A DNA stretch of 64,000 nucleotides from Eledone cirrhosa (lineage: Eukaryota). A model generated the notes under the pieces. It saw only the letters and a list, made by a program, of their open reading frames with translations, made no database searches and was not told where the DNA came from. The translations under genes were made by a program, and so were the position numbers. Each line of letters opens with the position of its first letter. The stretch's first letter is position 1. This document shows positions 1 to 12,775 of the stretch, piece after piece. The stretch is from NCBI GenBank assembly GCA_964016885.1, contig OZ024740.1:380866001-380930000 (forward strand), given 5' to 3'.

Positions 1-254
1 TGAACAAAAAGGTGACGATGGTTGCCTGAACACTGTACGGCGTAATTCGGGCTGTTTGTTTACAAACAAACCGAACGTTATAATAAATGTTCGGTAAACC
101 CATACGTACATATATATATATGTGTGCATGTATGTATATATATATACATACTACTGTACGTCTGTATACATATATGTATGTACGTATACATACATACTTA
201 CATTTAAGTATCAGCCGTACTAAGAGTGAGAAATGAATTTTCGTTTCATTCTTT

Positions 255-257
<3 letters not shown>
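1..257 (+). mobile_element. 3' part of HHR-bearing non-coding element (same family as 13971-14392), ending in (TC)n/(TA)n
   Basis: 1-200 is the reverse complement of ~13971-14161; 202-237 is the reverse complement of 14357-14392. Confidence 0.8.
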
Positions 258-331
<74 letters not shown>

Positions 332-2844
332 GCGCGCACGTGTATCACTGTTGTGTTAATGTTTATTTGACCACTACTAGCATAATGTTGCAATCCTTTC
401 TTATCTTATCAAGACAAAACTAAATCCTCTCTATTCACTTGCCTTATCTCATTACCATATAGTAATACATTCCTTACAGTTTGGCTCCTTTCGAGCAGAA
501 AAAGATCAGTTTTAAAACTTTTGTTACCATATCTCTAAACAAAGTTTTTTACATAGAATCATAGAGGAAGGTTTTTACATAAATATATACACTTTAAAAT
601 AAACAACATCGTATCATATAATCAGGCACTGATTTCAGGTGATTTGGTAATAAAAATGTAAAATGTAACAGATCTCCATACTTCTTTCAATCCATTCTTA
701 CTCTAACTTCTTTATTACCACTATAATTACCCCCAGCAATATTAATATATAACAGAATTAATTATATAATATTTTTTAATAAACCAAAAGAGCCATTCAT
801 AGACTTTATTCATTGTGTGTCTGCTACTGCCGAGCATTTCTGAGCATTCCTGTGCATATACCACATCTGACGTTTGGGTTGATTGTTAGCCTGCTAAGGA
901 TACAGCTATCGTTCGATTTGCATTCACTGGTTCCGAGTTCGATCTATAGGTCAGGATTGACAAATAATTTTAATGTTAAATGTGTACATTTTTGTTTTAG
1001 GGGTAGAGTGTTCAGCCCAAGTTAGCCCAGATAAAGCAGTCTTATAAAGTAGGTAGAACGAAGCTCATACTCGATAGTATCACCTTCCTAGTTATATCTA
1101 ATGCATTTATCATAGTCAGTTAGATTAGTGTTTTCCAATCTTATTCTATCGTGAAAAGTTTATATGATGTTTCAAATGTCGCAGAACCCATACCTATATT
1201 TTACAGACAATCATCACCACCTTAATGTTAATGTGAGATTAATTGAAACATGAATTACTTTAGAAGGAGAATTTTTTATATAACAATTATATAAAATGTT
1301 TTCTTAAATTAAATTAAGTGACACCTTATCTCACGGAACTACAAATTGTGATTTTGGAAGCCATTGTGGAAAACACTGTGCTAAGATATTTAGATTAGAT
1401 GTGATACTAAAGTTGAGAAACTCCTCATTCTATATAAAGTTGATATCCCCCAGAAATGATGATATTGTTGGTCGTTTTAAAATCACCATGCTAGGAATGT
1501 AGGCATACGCCAACTAAAAATATAATGTCAATTTTGTAAACAGCAAAGAAACAATAAATAACTAAAATAAATAATTAAATAATTAAATGAATAAAATAAA
1601 TAAATAAATAAAATCGCAAGACGTTATCATCCATAACCAAAAAAGGTTATAAATATCATTTCGAAAGAAAAAAAAAACATCTAGTAGCCGAATCGCCAAA
1701 TGGTGAGACATACAATGTAAACACGTAAACAAACAGATACTTCAAGTGCGATGAGACGGTCTATAGGGGCCATATTGTCTGCCACCATCAACCTCAATCT
1801 TGAGCTAGTTTATATGGTATGTTTATCGACTCAGTTTGCATGTTTGCTTTTAGTGTTTTCTCTTGTGTATATCTCTTCGGTTCTCTTTTTCTTTTTCCAG
1901 ATGGTTTCCACTTCAGATCGTTATATTTGTTATGATACTCTCCTCTTTTCCCCAAACAATACTCATATAACCACAAAAATGCAGCAGACGAAAAACAAAA
2001 AAGACTAACAGAGATTTGGTGTTGCATAAGTATTCGAAAAGGTTTAATGTTATGCTTGTAGCAGACCTGTATTCAACTATTTCCACGAGCAAACAAATGA
2101 ATCTCTTTCTGTTCACTCGACTTAGAAATAGTAGCCTAATTTGTATACTCTTTTTTCGAAAGACCCATTTTATGATGCACTCTTGAACACATATTATGTA
2201 AATAAGCATAATGGTCATCATTAGAAGGTTTTTAATTATAAGGTAACCTGATCATGACTGGTCAGGGACTAGAGAAAAAAAAACAATTCTTAATTCCATT
2301 ACTGAACTTAACCTCAAGATATAAATCAGATTGTTCTTCAAGCGATAGGTATACACATATCGTAATAGCGTTCGCGAATTTTGTAACCTATAGCTAACGT
2401 CGTTTGCGGAAATGAAACTATTGTGGTTTAAGTTGCCTTGATAAGAATGTAAGAATACCTCAACTGAAAATAGTACATCAATTTCGTAAGAAAAAAAAGA
2501 AAGAAAAAATGAACTTTATATGCCATGACGGAAAATAGTAATAAATATCATAAAAAAAAAGAAACAAGCAGTTGGATTCGAAAACGGAATGTATCACCAT
2601 GTCGAAGTCAATTTCTTCCCTGCTAGTAGACGAATGAAACACTCAAGAAAACAATACTAAAGACATACGACTGAGGATAGTAATAAATTTTACAGTTCTG
2701 CAACGTTTATTTAAAGTCTAGTGGGTTATTCCATTAACATTTAAGTATGCTTTCCCACACACACTCGCACGCACACGCACACGCACGCACGCGCGCGCGC
2801 GCACGCACACACGCACACACACACACACACGCACACGCACACGC

Positions 2845-2892
<48 letters not shown>

Positions 2893-3273
2893 AGCTATAA
2901 GTGTGCATCTTTGGAAGAAGTGATCTGGCTATGGAAATGGTAATATGAATAGATTTTCATTCATTAAAAACTGAAACATGATTTAACTAAGTATGTGAAT
3001 CTGTATATAAGTAGCCTCACCTGGTTTTTATATATGTGGATGTTTTTCCAATGAATATCTCTGAAAGAATATGTGTGATTACTTACTGTATGTATGTGTA
3101 AGAGTGTGTGTGTGTTAATGGGTAGATGTGTGCATGCACGCACATATATATGTATGTATGTAGGACATTATGTATATATGCATTAACTCTTTACAATACT
3201 TACAATCTACGTTCCCAAGTATTGAGTACTTAGCTGAACAATGGCGTTACTTCTTTAAACTGGTAAATCCCAA

Positions 3274-3304
<31 letters not shown>

Positions 3305-3307
3305 GTT

Positions 3308-3487
3308 TTGCTGATTGAGATGGAGGGGTTGTGGTTTTCTCGCAGATGTGAGAAAAACCACAATACCTCCATATCAATTCTACTTTTGAAAAGCACAAGA
3401 ACTGCGAAACCGGTAAAGGAACCAAATAAATATATAAATAAAAATAAAAAGACTCCAGTTGCATTTTCGATTTCATCTTTTTTCCTT
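3308..3487 (+). mobile_element. Short HHR-bearing element (U3-A8 family) with 5' fold-back, between (TA)n tracts
   Basis: Inverted arms around ~3344; homologous to 3975-4135 (-) and 40071-40270 (+). Confidence 0.75.
3378..3421 (+). ncRNA. Minimal type I hammerhead, U3-A8 core variant
   Basis: ttc(ta)ctt-UUGAAAA-gca caagaac tgc-GAAAC CG GUA-aaggaa: bulged stem I, stem II gca/tgc, palindromic stem III ACCGGU. Confidence 0.65.
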
Positions 3488-3507
3488 ATATATATATATA
3501 TATATAT

Positions 3508-3706
3508 AGTGGTAGAACACTGGAAGCTAATATCCGTAGTGGTAGAGCACTCAGTCCATGGGACGAGTTAGGTAGAAGTGGTTACACAACAGTTAGTTCA
3601 CCATACCGAGAACAATTGTTTCACCTTAGCGGATCCTCATTACGAGGTGAGGATCCGCTAAGGTGAAACAATTGTTCTCGGTATGGTGAACTAACTGTTG
3701 TGTAAC
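3508..3706. mobile_element. Fold-back element containing an HHR-like motif
   Basis: Inverted arms ~3581-3639 / 3648-3706, flanked by (TA)n. Confidence 0.7.
3643..3680 (+). ncRNA. Minimal hammerhead with C3->G substitution (probably inactive)
   Basis: cgag-GUGAGGA-tcc gctaa ggt-GAAAC AAUU GUU-ctcg; perfect 4-bp stem I and palindromic stem III. Confidence 0.6.
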
Positions 3707-3709
3707 TAG

Positions 3710-3740
<31 letters not shown>

Positions 3741-3743
<3 letters not shown>

Positions 3744-3952
3744 GAAACGAGTAGGACCCCGACGGCTGAGCTCAAGCCGTTTCGACGGCTAATTCCGGAC
3801 TAAATGGACATTTAGTCCAGAATTAGCCGTCGAAACGGCTTGAGCTCAGCCGTCGGGGTCCTACTCGTTCCTATTACCCACTCTACTACCCTAAGTATTG
3901 AGTACTTTGGTGCGTTATGGTCCATCTGGTTCCTTACCACATTTCCTTCGTT
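3741..3952 (+). mobile_element. Fold-back element with the 3' half of a hammerhead (GAAACGGCU...AGCCGUC); same family as 38646-38876 and 51580-51790
   Basis: Inverted arms 3741-3806 / 3809-3875; stem III with GUC triplet at 3832-3854; 3' tail shared with the other copies. Confidence 0.75.
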
Positions 3953-4034
3953 ATATATATATATATATATATATAAGGAAAAAAGATGAAATCGAAAATG
4001 CAACTGGAGTATTTTTTTAAATATATTTATTTGG

Positions 4035-4078
4035 TTCCTTTACCGGTTTCGCAGTTCTTGTGCTTTTCAAAAGTAGAA
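4035..4078 (-). ncRNA. Minimal type I hammerhead, U3-A8 variant (second copy, within element ~3975-4135)
   Basis: Reverse complement matches 3378-3421. Confidence 0.65.
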
Positions 4079-4159
4079 TTGATATTGGGGGTTTGTTGTT
4101 TTTCTCGCATCTGCGAGAAAAACCACAAACCCTCTTTGAACATAACTTTGATTCCTGTG

Positions 4160-4297
<138 letters not shown>

Positions 4298-4350
4298 TAT
4301 ATATATATATATATATAGTTAAAAGAATAGAGGTGTAACACACAAGTTAT

Positions 4351-4754
4351 TATATATTGGTAAACGGAATAGAAAATGCTGACAAATTGTTCACAGTTGA
4401 AAAATGGTTTAATTAGGAATAAAAGAGTATTAGTGATTGTATGGGTTAGTATTCAGTTGTGGTTTTAAGTTTTTAAGTTTTTACCGGTTGCGCATTTCTA
4501 AATGCTTTTCAAAAATAATTTTGAGATAGAGTGTCCGTGCTGTTTGCTCTGATCAGAGCAAACAGCACGGACACTCTATCTCAAAATTATTTTTGAAAAG
4601 CATTTAGAAATGCGCAACCGGTAAAAACTTAAAAACTTAAAACCACAACTGAATACTAACCCATACAATCACTAATACTCTTTTATTCCTAATTAAACCA
4701 TTTTTCAACTGTGAACAATTTGTCAGCATTTTCTATTCCGTTTACCAATATATA
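4351..4754. repeat. Spacerless ~404-bp palindrome built from a diverged relative of the U3-A8 HHR element
   Basis: Arms mirror around TGA|TCA at 4552/4553; each arm has UUGAAAA-gcatttagaaatgc-GCAAC CG GUA (4593-4623 on +). Confidence 0.9.
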
Positions 4755-4770
4755 TATATATATATATATA

Positions 4771-5025
4771 TAGTAATAATAATAAATTTGAAGACTAAAA
4801 TCCAAAGAGGGCTCGATAAGGATAAATATATATGAAATATATATGAACCGTAGAGCAAATATTTATTAAAATAACAGATTAAAGTTTAGGCAAAGAATCG
4901 CTGCTTTCACCCTTAACGGGATCTTATATGCACGTATGGCCTTATGTGTGTTTCAGAAGATCCCGTTAAGGGTGAAAGCAGCGATTCTTTGCTTAAACTT
5001 TAATCTGTTATTTTAATAAATATAT
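4771..5025 (-). mobile_element. Fold-back element with degenerate HHR-like motif; second copy at ~23803-23970
   Basis: Inverted arms ~4858-4925 / 4957-5023; cagaaga-tccc gttaa gggt-gaaa; homology to 23803-23970. Confidence 0.6.
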
Positions 5026-6379
5026 ATATATATAATCTATTTAATAGTTTTGTTGTGCAGTATACCATGATTGCCTAGTGGTGTTGTCACAACATTATAA
5101 TGACTGCATGTTTTATATCATATAACCATGTTTGATGGCATTGTGAAAAACAGTATGTGAAATGTTGAAACATTAAGTTGTTTAGTCAGCGGAATTCAAA
5201 GCTCTTAAATTTCTTCTCTTACAGCTGCTCATGCTGTAACGACTCTCAAAACCATAACCACTTTAGCCCGCTTTATTTATATTATAGTGACATAACTACA
5301 CATCGTGGTCCTACGGATTTTAGAATATGTTTTAATTATATTATACATATTTTGAAAATTTTATCTAAAAAAAAAGTCATAAATAATGTAGAGATGAAGA
5401 GAGAAAATAAGAAAGAAAGTGTGAAATTTGGTTTCAGAGAGACCTAGAAAGATAGTAGGAGGGCCGAAGAACGATTGAGAGAAAGGGGGAGGTGCAGTAG
5501 GAGGAGGAAAAAAATAAGATAGAATATCATAGATTTCAGTATATCTGATTTATTCAATTATATACATATATATATATTCAATTGTGAATACATACACACA
5601 CACGCATACGTATGTATACGTATATATGTATGTATGTATGTATATATATATTGTGTCAAGTCGCTCTGAGTGCTACTGGTAACGTGTAACCCAATATAAC
5701 CTGTCGCATGGTCGGGTCGTCAGCGACTAAACCAGCAAAACCACAAAATGTCCTTGGTGAGGAGGAAAATTTTGGACACCTTGCAGTATGATAAACAAAA
5801 TCTGCCAAAGGGTGGAGTTAACGGGCATTTAGTAGTGTGTACATATGTATATGTTGTGTCAGTGGTGTGGGATTGTTTGCATGTACATGTGTGTGTACAC
5901 ATTTTATTTTTAACTTTTAAGGTTTTCAATAATTATTTCTTATTTCAGTTTCTCTTATTTATTTATTTATCCTATCTATTTATTTATCTGGAAAACCTGC
6001 AGTTGATACACATACCGATCAACCTACATTTGCTGTTGATACTTAGAGAGCAGCATGTGTGTAGCACAAAAACGTGCAACTTTGATCTCCTTGTGCAGAT
6101 ATCTCTTCACATCCTACTGCAATTTGGAAGCAGTGACGACTACGAGTTGGAGTTATACAGCTAATCTACACGCAGGCGACTTAAGGTTTAACTAACATCA
6201 TTGCCAGTTTTCGGAATAGGAACTGGCTTGAGTGCAGGCTTTTGTGAGTGAGCAGGCCAAGCGAGAACACGGTTCAGACAAATCTTGGGAGAGAGATCTG
6301 GAAAAAATGACCGAAACATTGTCTGTTCCACCATCAAGCTGGTCAGCTACCTGCTGCTGATGGCTGTTCATTCCGACGG

Positions 6380-7700
6380 TAAAAACAAGGAAAATAGTAA
6401 TTTCGAAAAGAATAGAATTACATTGAATGTTACTACATGGAATATTAAAATACTTCTCGACAAGGAATCATCCACAAATCCACATCGCAGGACTGATATT
6501 GTTGGCAGAGTATTCAGTAGGAAAAAAATATTGATATAGCTGCATTCTCTGAAATCTGTCTTAATAGTGAAGGTCATCTATCGGAGAGGGGTCCAGACTA
6601 TACCTTCTTCTGGAACGGGAAACCAAATGGTGAAAAAAAGAATGGAGGAGTAGGTTTCGCTGTCCGCACAGAGGTAACAATGTGGTTGAAGCAACCACAA
6701 GGCATTGATGATTGAATAAGTCAATTGAGAGTTCCTCTTTCAGGATGCCGAGTCATGACTCTCATTTCAGTGTATGTCCCTACCCTGGATACTAGCCAAT
6801 ATTCAGTCATGACTATCTACCTAGACTTACGAGGGTATATAACTTCGATTCCACATTCGGACAAGATATTGCTTCTTGGAGATTTCAATACACGTGTGAG
6901 ATAGGTCGACCACATCGGAAGTGTTTTGTGATGCTTCGTCATGGGAAGGTGAATGCCAATGGTATTCTTCTTTTGCAATTATGCACTGGGTATGAGCTGA
7001 TCTTGTGCAATACATTTTATCAGTGAGAGGAGATCCTGATAGCAACATGGATACACCAAAATCCCAAAATGGACATATCTTGGAGTATATCATCACTGGA
7101 AAGTCATATCTGAAGGATATCTTCTCTGTAAGAGTAATGTGTGATTCAGAATGTGGTGCCGACCACAAACCTGTACATGCAGATCAGAAGAAAGGTGAGG
7201 GCAGTAGGGGCACAAGTGCCAAAACGTATAGATGTGTCCAAATAAAAATGTTTAGAAATACGAGATACTCTTCATAATGCACATGACAACGTTGTCTTTG
7301 ATAGAACTTGGGAGCAGTTTAAAATACAGCTTTATAGTGTTGTACTCAGTCTTAATAAGAAAGAACACCGAGGCTGGTATGAGGATACTGATGCTGCAAT
7401 CAACATGCTCATTGGAAAGAAGAACAAGCTGTATAAGAAGTGTCTTGTTGCAGGGGGTCCAATGAGGACCTCTTTTGTGAACGCCTTCAAAGAAGCAAAG
7501 TCAAAACTGCAATGTAAAACACGAAAGATGACGAATAGCAAGTGGTCTGAAGTTTCAGCAGAGATGCAGAAAACTTAGAACGGCAGAGACTTGAAGGTAT
7601 TATACAGTACAATAAGGTACGTATTTGGCCCACAGTCCTCAAAAGTAGCACCATTGAAGTCAAAAGATGGGAATTTTCTCATCAAAGATGAAATTTTACT
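6380..7700 (+). mobile_element. RTE-clade LINE, decayed APE endonuclease and linker
   Basis: Frameshifted motifs TWNIKILLD, RRTDIV, YTFFWNGK, GVGFAV, ISVYVPTL, LLGDFN, ECGADH. Confidence 0.9.
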
Positions 7701-7813
7701 GCAAACCAAAAGTATCGTCTAATTTTGAGTTTACAGTGATATTTCAGGAGGAGGTAGAATTTTCGTGGTAGGTGCTGCTGAACTCTGTTTGCTATTCCCA
7801 GTTGTGTGGCAAG

Positions 7814-8230
7814 CTATTCTACTTCACCGTTGATGTCGGTGAGCACACTGTGATTGCTTTTTTTTTTTCTTTTCTGTAGTAGTGAATCATACGATAGTTT
7901 ATCTAATTCATGGGTGTTCCCGCTTTTATCGGCCGGTACAAATAGATTCCTTGAATGGTTGAAAGCTAGTAGATGTTCCTTGAGATATTGTTGGAACTTA
8001 TTTGTGTATTTGTTAAATTTTACTTTGTTATTTGGATTGATTAGGTCGGCTAAAAAGTGAAGCATTGTTTTGTTGTAAAGGGATTTTTTGTGAATTGAAT
8101 CCGAACTTATGCCCAGGAGAAGAGCAGTATATTCCTATAGAAGAAAAAGGATTTCTATTTCATATGCTTGAACTTTCCGGTTTTTCGATGAGTCGCTTGG
8201 TGAAGAAATTCCTAGGAGGTGTCTACTATT
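7814..8230 (-). mobile_element. Penelope-like element (Neptune-type) N-terminal ORF fragment
   Basis: Degenerate MK*KSFFF (cf. MRWKAFFF), FGFNSQKIP, FLADL, NKFQQYLK, LFVPADKSGN, which resemble the pre-RT region of PLEs. Confidence 0.75.
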
Positions 8231-8240
8231 AAACGTTAGT

Positions 8241-8290
8241 TCTTGTCTGATGTCACTGTGATAAACAGAGGAAACTCTAGAGTAATAAGA
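8241..8290 (+). ncRNA. Minimal hammerhead with A9->U substitution, antisense and adjacent to the PLE ORF fragment
   Basis: tcttgt-CUGAUGU-cactgt gataa acagag-GAAAC UCUAGA GUA-ataaga; 6-bp stem I, palindromic stem III. Confidence 0.7.
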
Positions 8291-8395
8291 CTCACTATTT
8301 AGCCTTAATAAAATGAATAATAAAACACTATTTCGGTATTGAGTACTCTTTTCTCTCAGCCGGCAACCACATACGGATATATAAATTAATATATG

Positions 8396-8447
<52 letters not shown>

Positions 8448-8452
8448 CGTGC

Positions 8453-8528
<76 letters not shown>

Positions 8529-8559
8529 TTGTGTTGTGTGAATGTGTGTGTATGCATAA

Positions 8560-8842
8560 TGGTGGGTGATCTAGTGGTTAGGGTGCTAGGTGTACGATCT
8601 TATTGCCATGGGTTCGATTCCTGGATCGAGTAGTGCGTTATGTTCTTGAACCAAACATCTCTATTCACGTGGTTCCAGCATACGCAGATGAAAATGAGTA
8701 CCAACAGTAGCTGGGAGTTTAACCCTACGATTGACTGACATCATATCCAGTGGGTAGTCTTGCACTCTCAGTCACATAACGCCTAGGAAACCAGGATAAG
8801 TACTTGACTAATGAGCCTCCGGGCTACTGGCAAATTTGTGAC
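8560..8842 (+). mobile_element. tRNA-derived SINE
   Basis: A-box-like ctagtggttaggg and B-box ggttcgattcc; similar copies at 18930, 49400, 63300. Confidence 0.7.
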
Positions 8843-8899
8843 TACACACACACATACATACATATATACATACATACATAATACTATAATGTTATTTGT

Positions 8900-10380
8900 A
8901 ATAAGGAACGCGTAATCCAGGGAATATTACACCCGATTATGAAACATGGTCATCGTTCATCGGAACACTCTGCGTATAATAAAACAGTGGCTCACAATGC
9001 GTTTGCTGTGCCTGTCCTAATACCAACGTTTGGAATACTCGATTGGACGATAAACGAAATTCGAATAATTGATGTTAAAACTCGAAAAATTCTAAACAAC
9101 ACCGGAAACTTCCACATCAACAGTGACATAGACCGCCTCTACTTGAAATGTAAGCAGGTAGGCAGAGAGCTAACATCAGTCCAGACAGCATTTGAATGTC
9201 GCATCATAACCTTTCGACAACATTTACGAACCTCCAAATGTAGGATTCCATCTATTGAGCAAGTCTATCTGCATGAGACAGATAAGATCATGAGAGTTGG
9301 GAAGAAACTCCTTGAAAGATACTCCCTGCATGATAATCAAAAGCTCACACCTAGGGAAATTGCCCAGCAATACTGCATGCTGCATGAAAAACTGCATGCT
9401 TATTTTCAAAAAGTCATGCATGGATATGTTGCCAGGAAGCTCTAGAGTGAGAGCAATATAGATAAAGAAAATAGTCTATCTTGGACCAACAACCGCTATA
9501 TTGGTGGTTTGAAGGATGTGTTTTTGCAATCCAAGAACAGGAAATCAACACAAAATACCTGATTCACAAAAGAAATATGTATGCAGGCGAAACACCTACA
9601 TGCGACAATAAGTGCAGACTCTGCAGAATTAACATCGAAGATGTCACCCATGTCATAAACAGCTGTCCAAAGATATCATCACGGTACTATCTACCTATGA
9701 GGCATGATGTAATGGCCAAAACACTGTACAACGCAGTCCGTAGAAAATATAGCCCCGACAATAAATACATTAAAAGTTACAGCAATGTGGAAGACATACA
9801 TAATATGAAAGAGTAGTGGTGGAATGCTCCAGTAAAAAAACCAATAAAATTCAAACATAACAGACTAGATATAATGATTTGGGACTGGAAGTTAGTTGCC
9901 CAGTAGATGCCAGTATAAGATCAGCGAAAAGGAGAATATCTATGCAGAACTAATTTGCAGATACTCCACCCTGATTACACCTTCAGATTTATACCTGTGG
10001 TTATTGGGGCACTAGGATATGTTAGTAACTGCCTCAGTACAAACCTTGAGTAGCTGGGCTTCACAGAAACAGAAAGAACACGTCTAGTTAGGAAATTACA
10101 AGTACAATCCATTAAAGGAAAGTAAAAATATGTAAAACATTCCAAAATCGCTGCATCTAATAACTGCATGTATACTTGTACAGATACAAAGCATGTGCAC
10201 ATGCACACATATAACTCAAAACATCCACATCCACACATATAAAAATCTATACCTGCTCACACATGCATACATCACTACATAGTTGATGTTGTGCGAGTCT
10301 TGTATCTATGTTAAAAATACTCTCTTTCTATTTGTAAAAATTTATAAAATTATAAAACCAGAAGAACATACATACATACA
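8900..10380 (+). mobile_element. R4/Dong-like RLE non-LTR retrotransposon, 5'-truncated, flanked by (TACA)n
   Basis: AYNKTVAHNAFAVPVL, IDVKTRKIL, SDIDRLYL, AIQEQEI, CRLC...H...C knuckle, RHD, HNRLDI (cf. NRPDI), IGALG; in-frame stops. Confidence 0.85.
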
Positions 10381-11765
10381 TCACGGTATTCGGGAGATAC
10401 GGAGTTTGATTCTCCGTAGAGGCTGCTAGACACCTTTACCTGTCAGGTATGGCGGCCTTGGCATCCGGTCCCCGATCTCACTAGCTTTGCCGGCGTATCT
10501 TTCGTCGGTAACCTCGTGCCGCGTCCTCGTCAGCAGGGTTCTTCAAAACACAACAGAACCCTCGTGAACCCTCGTGAGGCCGCCTGTAAGACGTGGGACC
10601 GGCTGGGACTTAGCCCAGTAGACGTCCCTCCTCCTTCTCCCCCGGTTGACGTCAAGTCCCCCCCCCCCCAACACACTTGGTATGCCATCCAGTGCAGCCT
10701 GGCCTCAGACAGACTCAGGCACCAGCTCAACCAGCACCGCCTTTCTTGTTTTTTCATGCGCCCTCCAAACTCCACAGTGGTGCCTGGCTCCATGCCCTGC
10801 CCTCCTTCTCCACTGGCACGCAGCTAGACAACCATAGCCTGCGAATCGGCGTTTCCCTGAGGCTCGTCCTCCGGATCTGCCAGCCACACCAATGTCGCTG
10901 CGGTTCCACCGTGGACTCTTTCGGCCTCCACCCGCTTTCCTGTCGCCACAGTGCCGGCCGCATTCCACGCCATGCTGCCCTCAACGAGGTCATTAATCAT
11001 GGCTTGGACGATGCAGGCTTCCCTTCCCAGCTCGAGCCGGTGGGGATGGATCGATGGGACGGCAAAAGGACAGATGGCATGACCATCTTCCCGTTCCGCG
11101 GTGGCAAACCCCTCGTCTGGGATGCCACTTGCACCGACACTTTCTGCAGCTGCAACCTGGTGCAGTCTGCGACTGACCCAGGTTCTGCTGCACGTCGGGC
11201 TGAGGGGGCCAAACTCCTCAAATACCGGTCGCTCTCCGACAGGTTTTCGGTCGTAACCCTGGCAAAGGAGACTTCTGGTGTCCTCGGCCCCAGGGCTACC
11301 TCCTTACTCACCGCCATAGGCGCTGAGCTGGCCAGCCGCAGGTGTGAGCCCCGCAAGTTGGAGTGGCTTTTCCAGCGCGTCTCCCTTGCCGTCCTCCGGG
11401 GAAACGCCTTCTCCATTCTGGCCGCCGGGGCTGTTGGTGGGCCCCATCGCGTACCAATACATTAGTTAAATACCATTCTTTCATCTGATACAATTAGTTC
11501 CATCACTTCTTCCATCTATTGTTTATACTGATCGACTGTTGTTGCAGTTGTTTTCTTTGTTTGGAATTCCCACATTTTTAGTTTCAGGTCACCCAACGCT
11601 TCTATAATTCATTCTCTCTCTTCTTTCATCTCCCCTACTTACCTCTATATCTATATCACTCACTTTAATTCACTATTTATCTTTTAGTTTTTATCTTCCT
11701 CGACCTTTATTATGACTACTTTCAAGAAAACATTTTCAAAATGCAATATGCTTAATATAATTTTG
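10381..11765 (+). mobile_element. CRE-like RLE non-LTR retrotransposon 3' fragment (zinc knuckle and restriction-like endonuclease in ORF 10677-11465)
   Basis: HSGAWLHALP, CRCG...HPLSC, RHAALN, DGKRTDG, LVWDATC, ETSGVLG, FQRVSLAVLRGNA; markedly GC-rich. Confidence 0.85.
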
Positions 11766-12306
11766 TATATATACATAGATCCGTGTGTGTGTGTGTGTGC
11801 TCTAAAATCCGTGAGACAGGGCGGAAATTAATGTCCCACAGCGTAAAAATAGTAAACGCAGAATACTGTAGTATAATCCTGTATTCAATTTCACTGTAAA
11901 AACAAACATAGCAAAGTAGTTCCACCAAATAATCTCATACCATTTCCTTCTGAATCAGAAGTATCTGAACATCTTCAGCAGAAACGTTTTTAAAGTTACC
12001 TACTCTGCGTGCAAGATCTATAAGAAATCAAAACGTTAAAAGGTTTGCTAATACAAACTAGAATTCAGATCATGTATGTATCTGTAACTTTATCAGCCTT
12101 TATAACGGCCCACGTGATTATAATTAACTATGAAGTATATTGTGCTAAGGTATACATAGATGAGAGCATGGTGGCGAAGTCTCGTTTTGAACACTATCTC
12201 GGCCTAAATTCAATATGAATGTTTACTAGCATAAATATTCATTTGCCAGCAGTTGAAGTCGTTTTGTGACTGCTTCAACTTTTCAAAGAAACCAAGGACT
12301 ACACAC

Positions 12307-12367
<61 letters not shown>

Positions 12368-12394
12368 CACACACACACACACACACACACAGAG

Positions 12395-12467
<73 letters not shown>

Positions 12468-12654
12468 ATATTCTTTGGCCTATGCGAACTTACGTTGCTA
12501 CATGTGTCTAACTAAGATGCTTATCTTTAATAGTATTGCAATGGTTCGGATCTGAGATTTTATAGTATTGCAATGGTTTGGATCTGAGATTAGAAGTCAT
12601 TATTCAAATCCGGTCCAACATACTTTTGGCTTATTGTCACCTGTCACAAGTCTC

Positions 12655-12775
12655 ACGAGCTGGAACGACACTTCCAGCGCGTCTCCCTCAGAATCCTCCA
12701 GGGAAACGCCTTCTCCATTCTGTCCGTCGGGGGCGCGGCGCGACCAGCGCGTGGGCTCCCATTTGCTAATAATAG
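12655..12775 (+). mobile_element. Second short CRE-like 3' fragment
   Basis: ttccagcgcgtctccct...gggaaacgccttctccattctg matches 11370-11420. Confidence 0.7.

Noticed and set aside
5652-5830. Structured-looking segment containing CUGACGA on the minus strand, upstream of the RTE element
   Set aside because: No GAAA or stem III follows, and I could not build an HDV-like fold by eye.
8560-8640. tRNA genes at SINE heads (also 18930, 49400, 63300)
   Set aside because: Only A/B-box-like remnants continuing into SINE bodies; I could not form a complete cloverleaf.
10677-11465. 262-aa GC-rich ORF as a host or horizontally acquired gene
   Set aside because: The zinc knuckle and RLE motifs identify a CRE-like retrotransposon C-terminus, and a second fragment lies at 12655.
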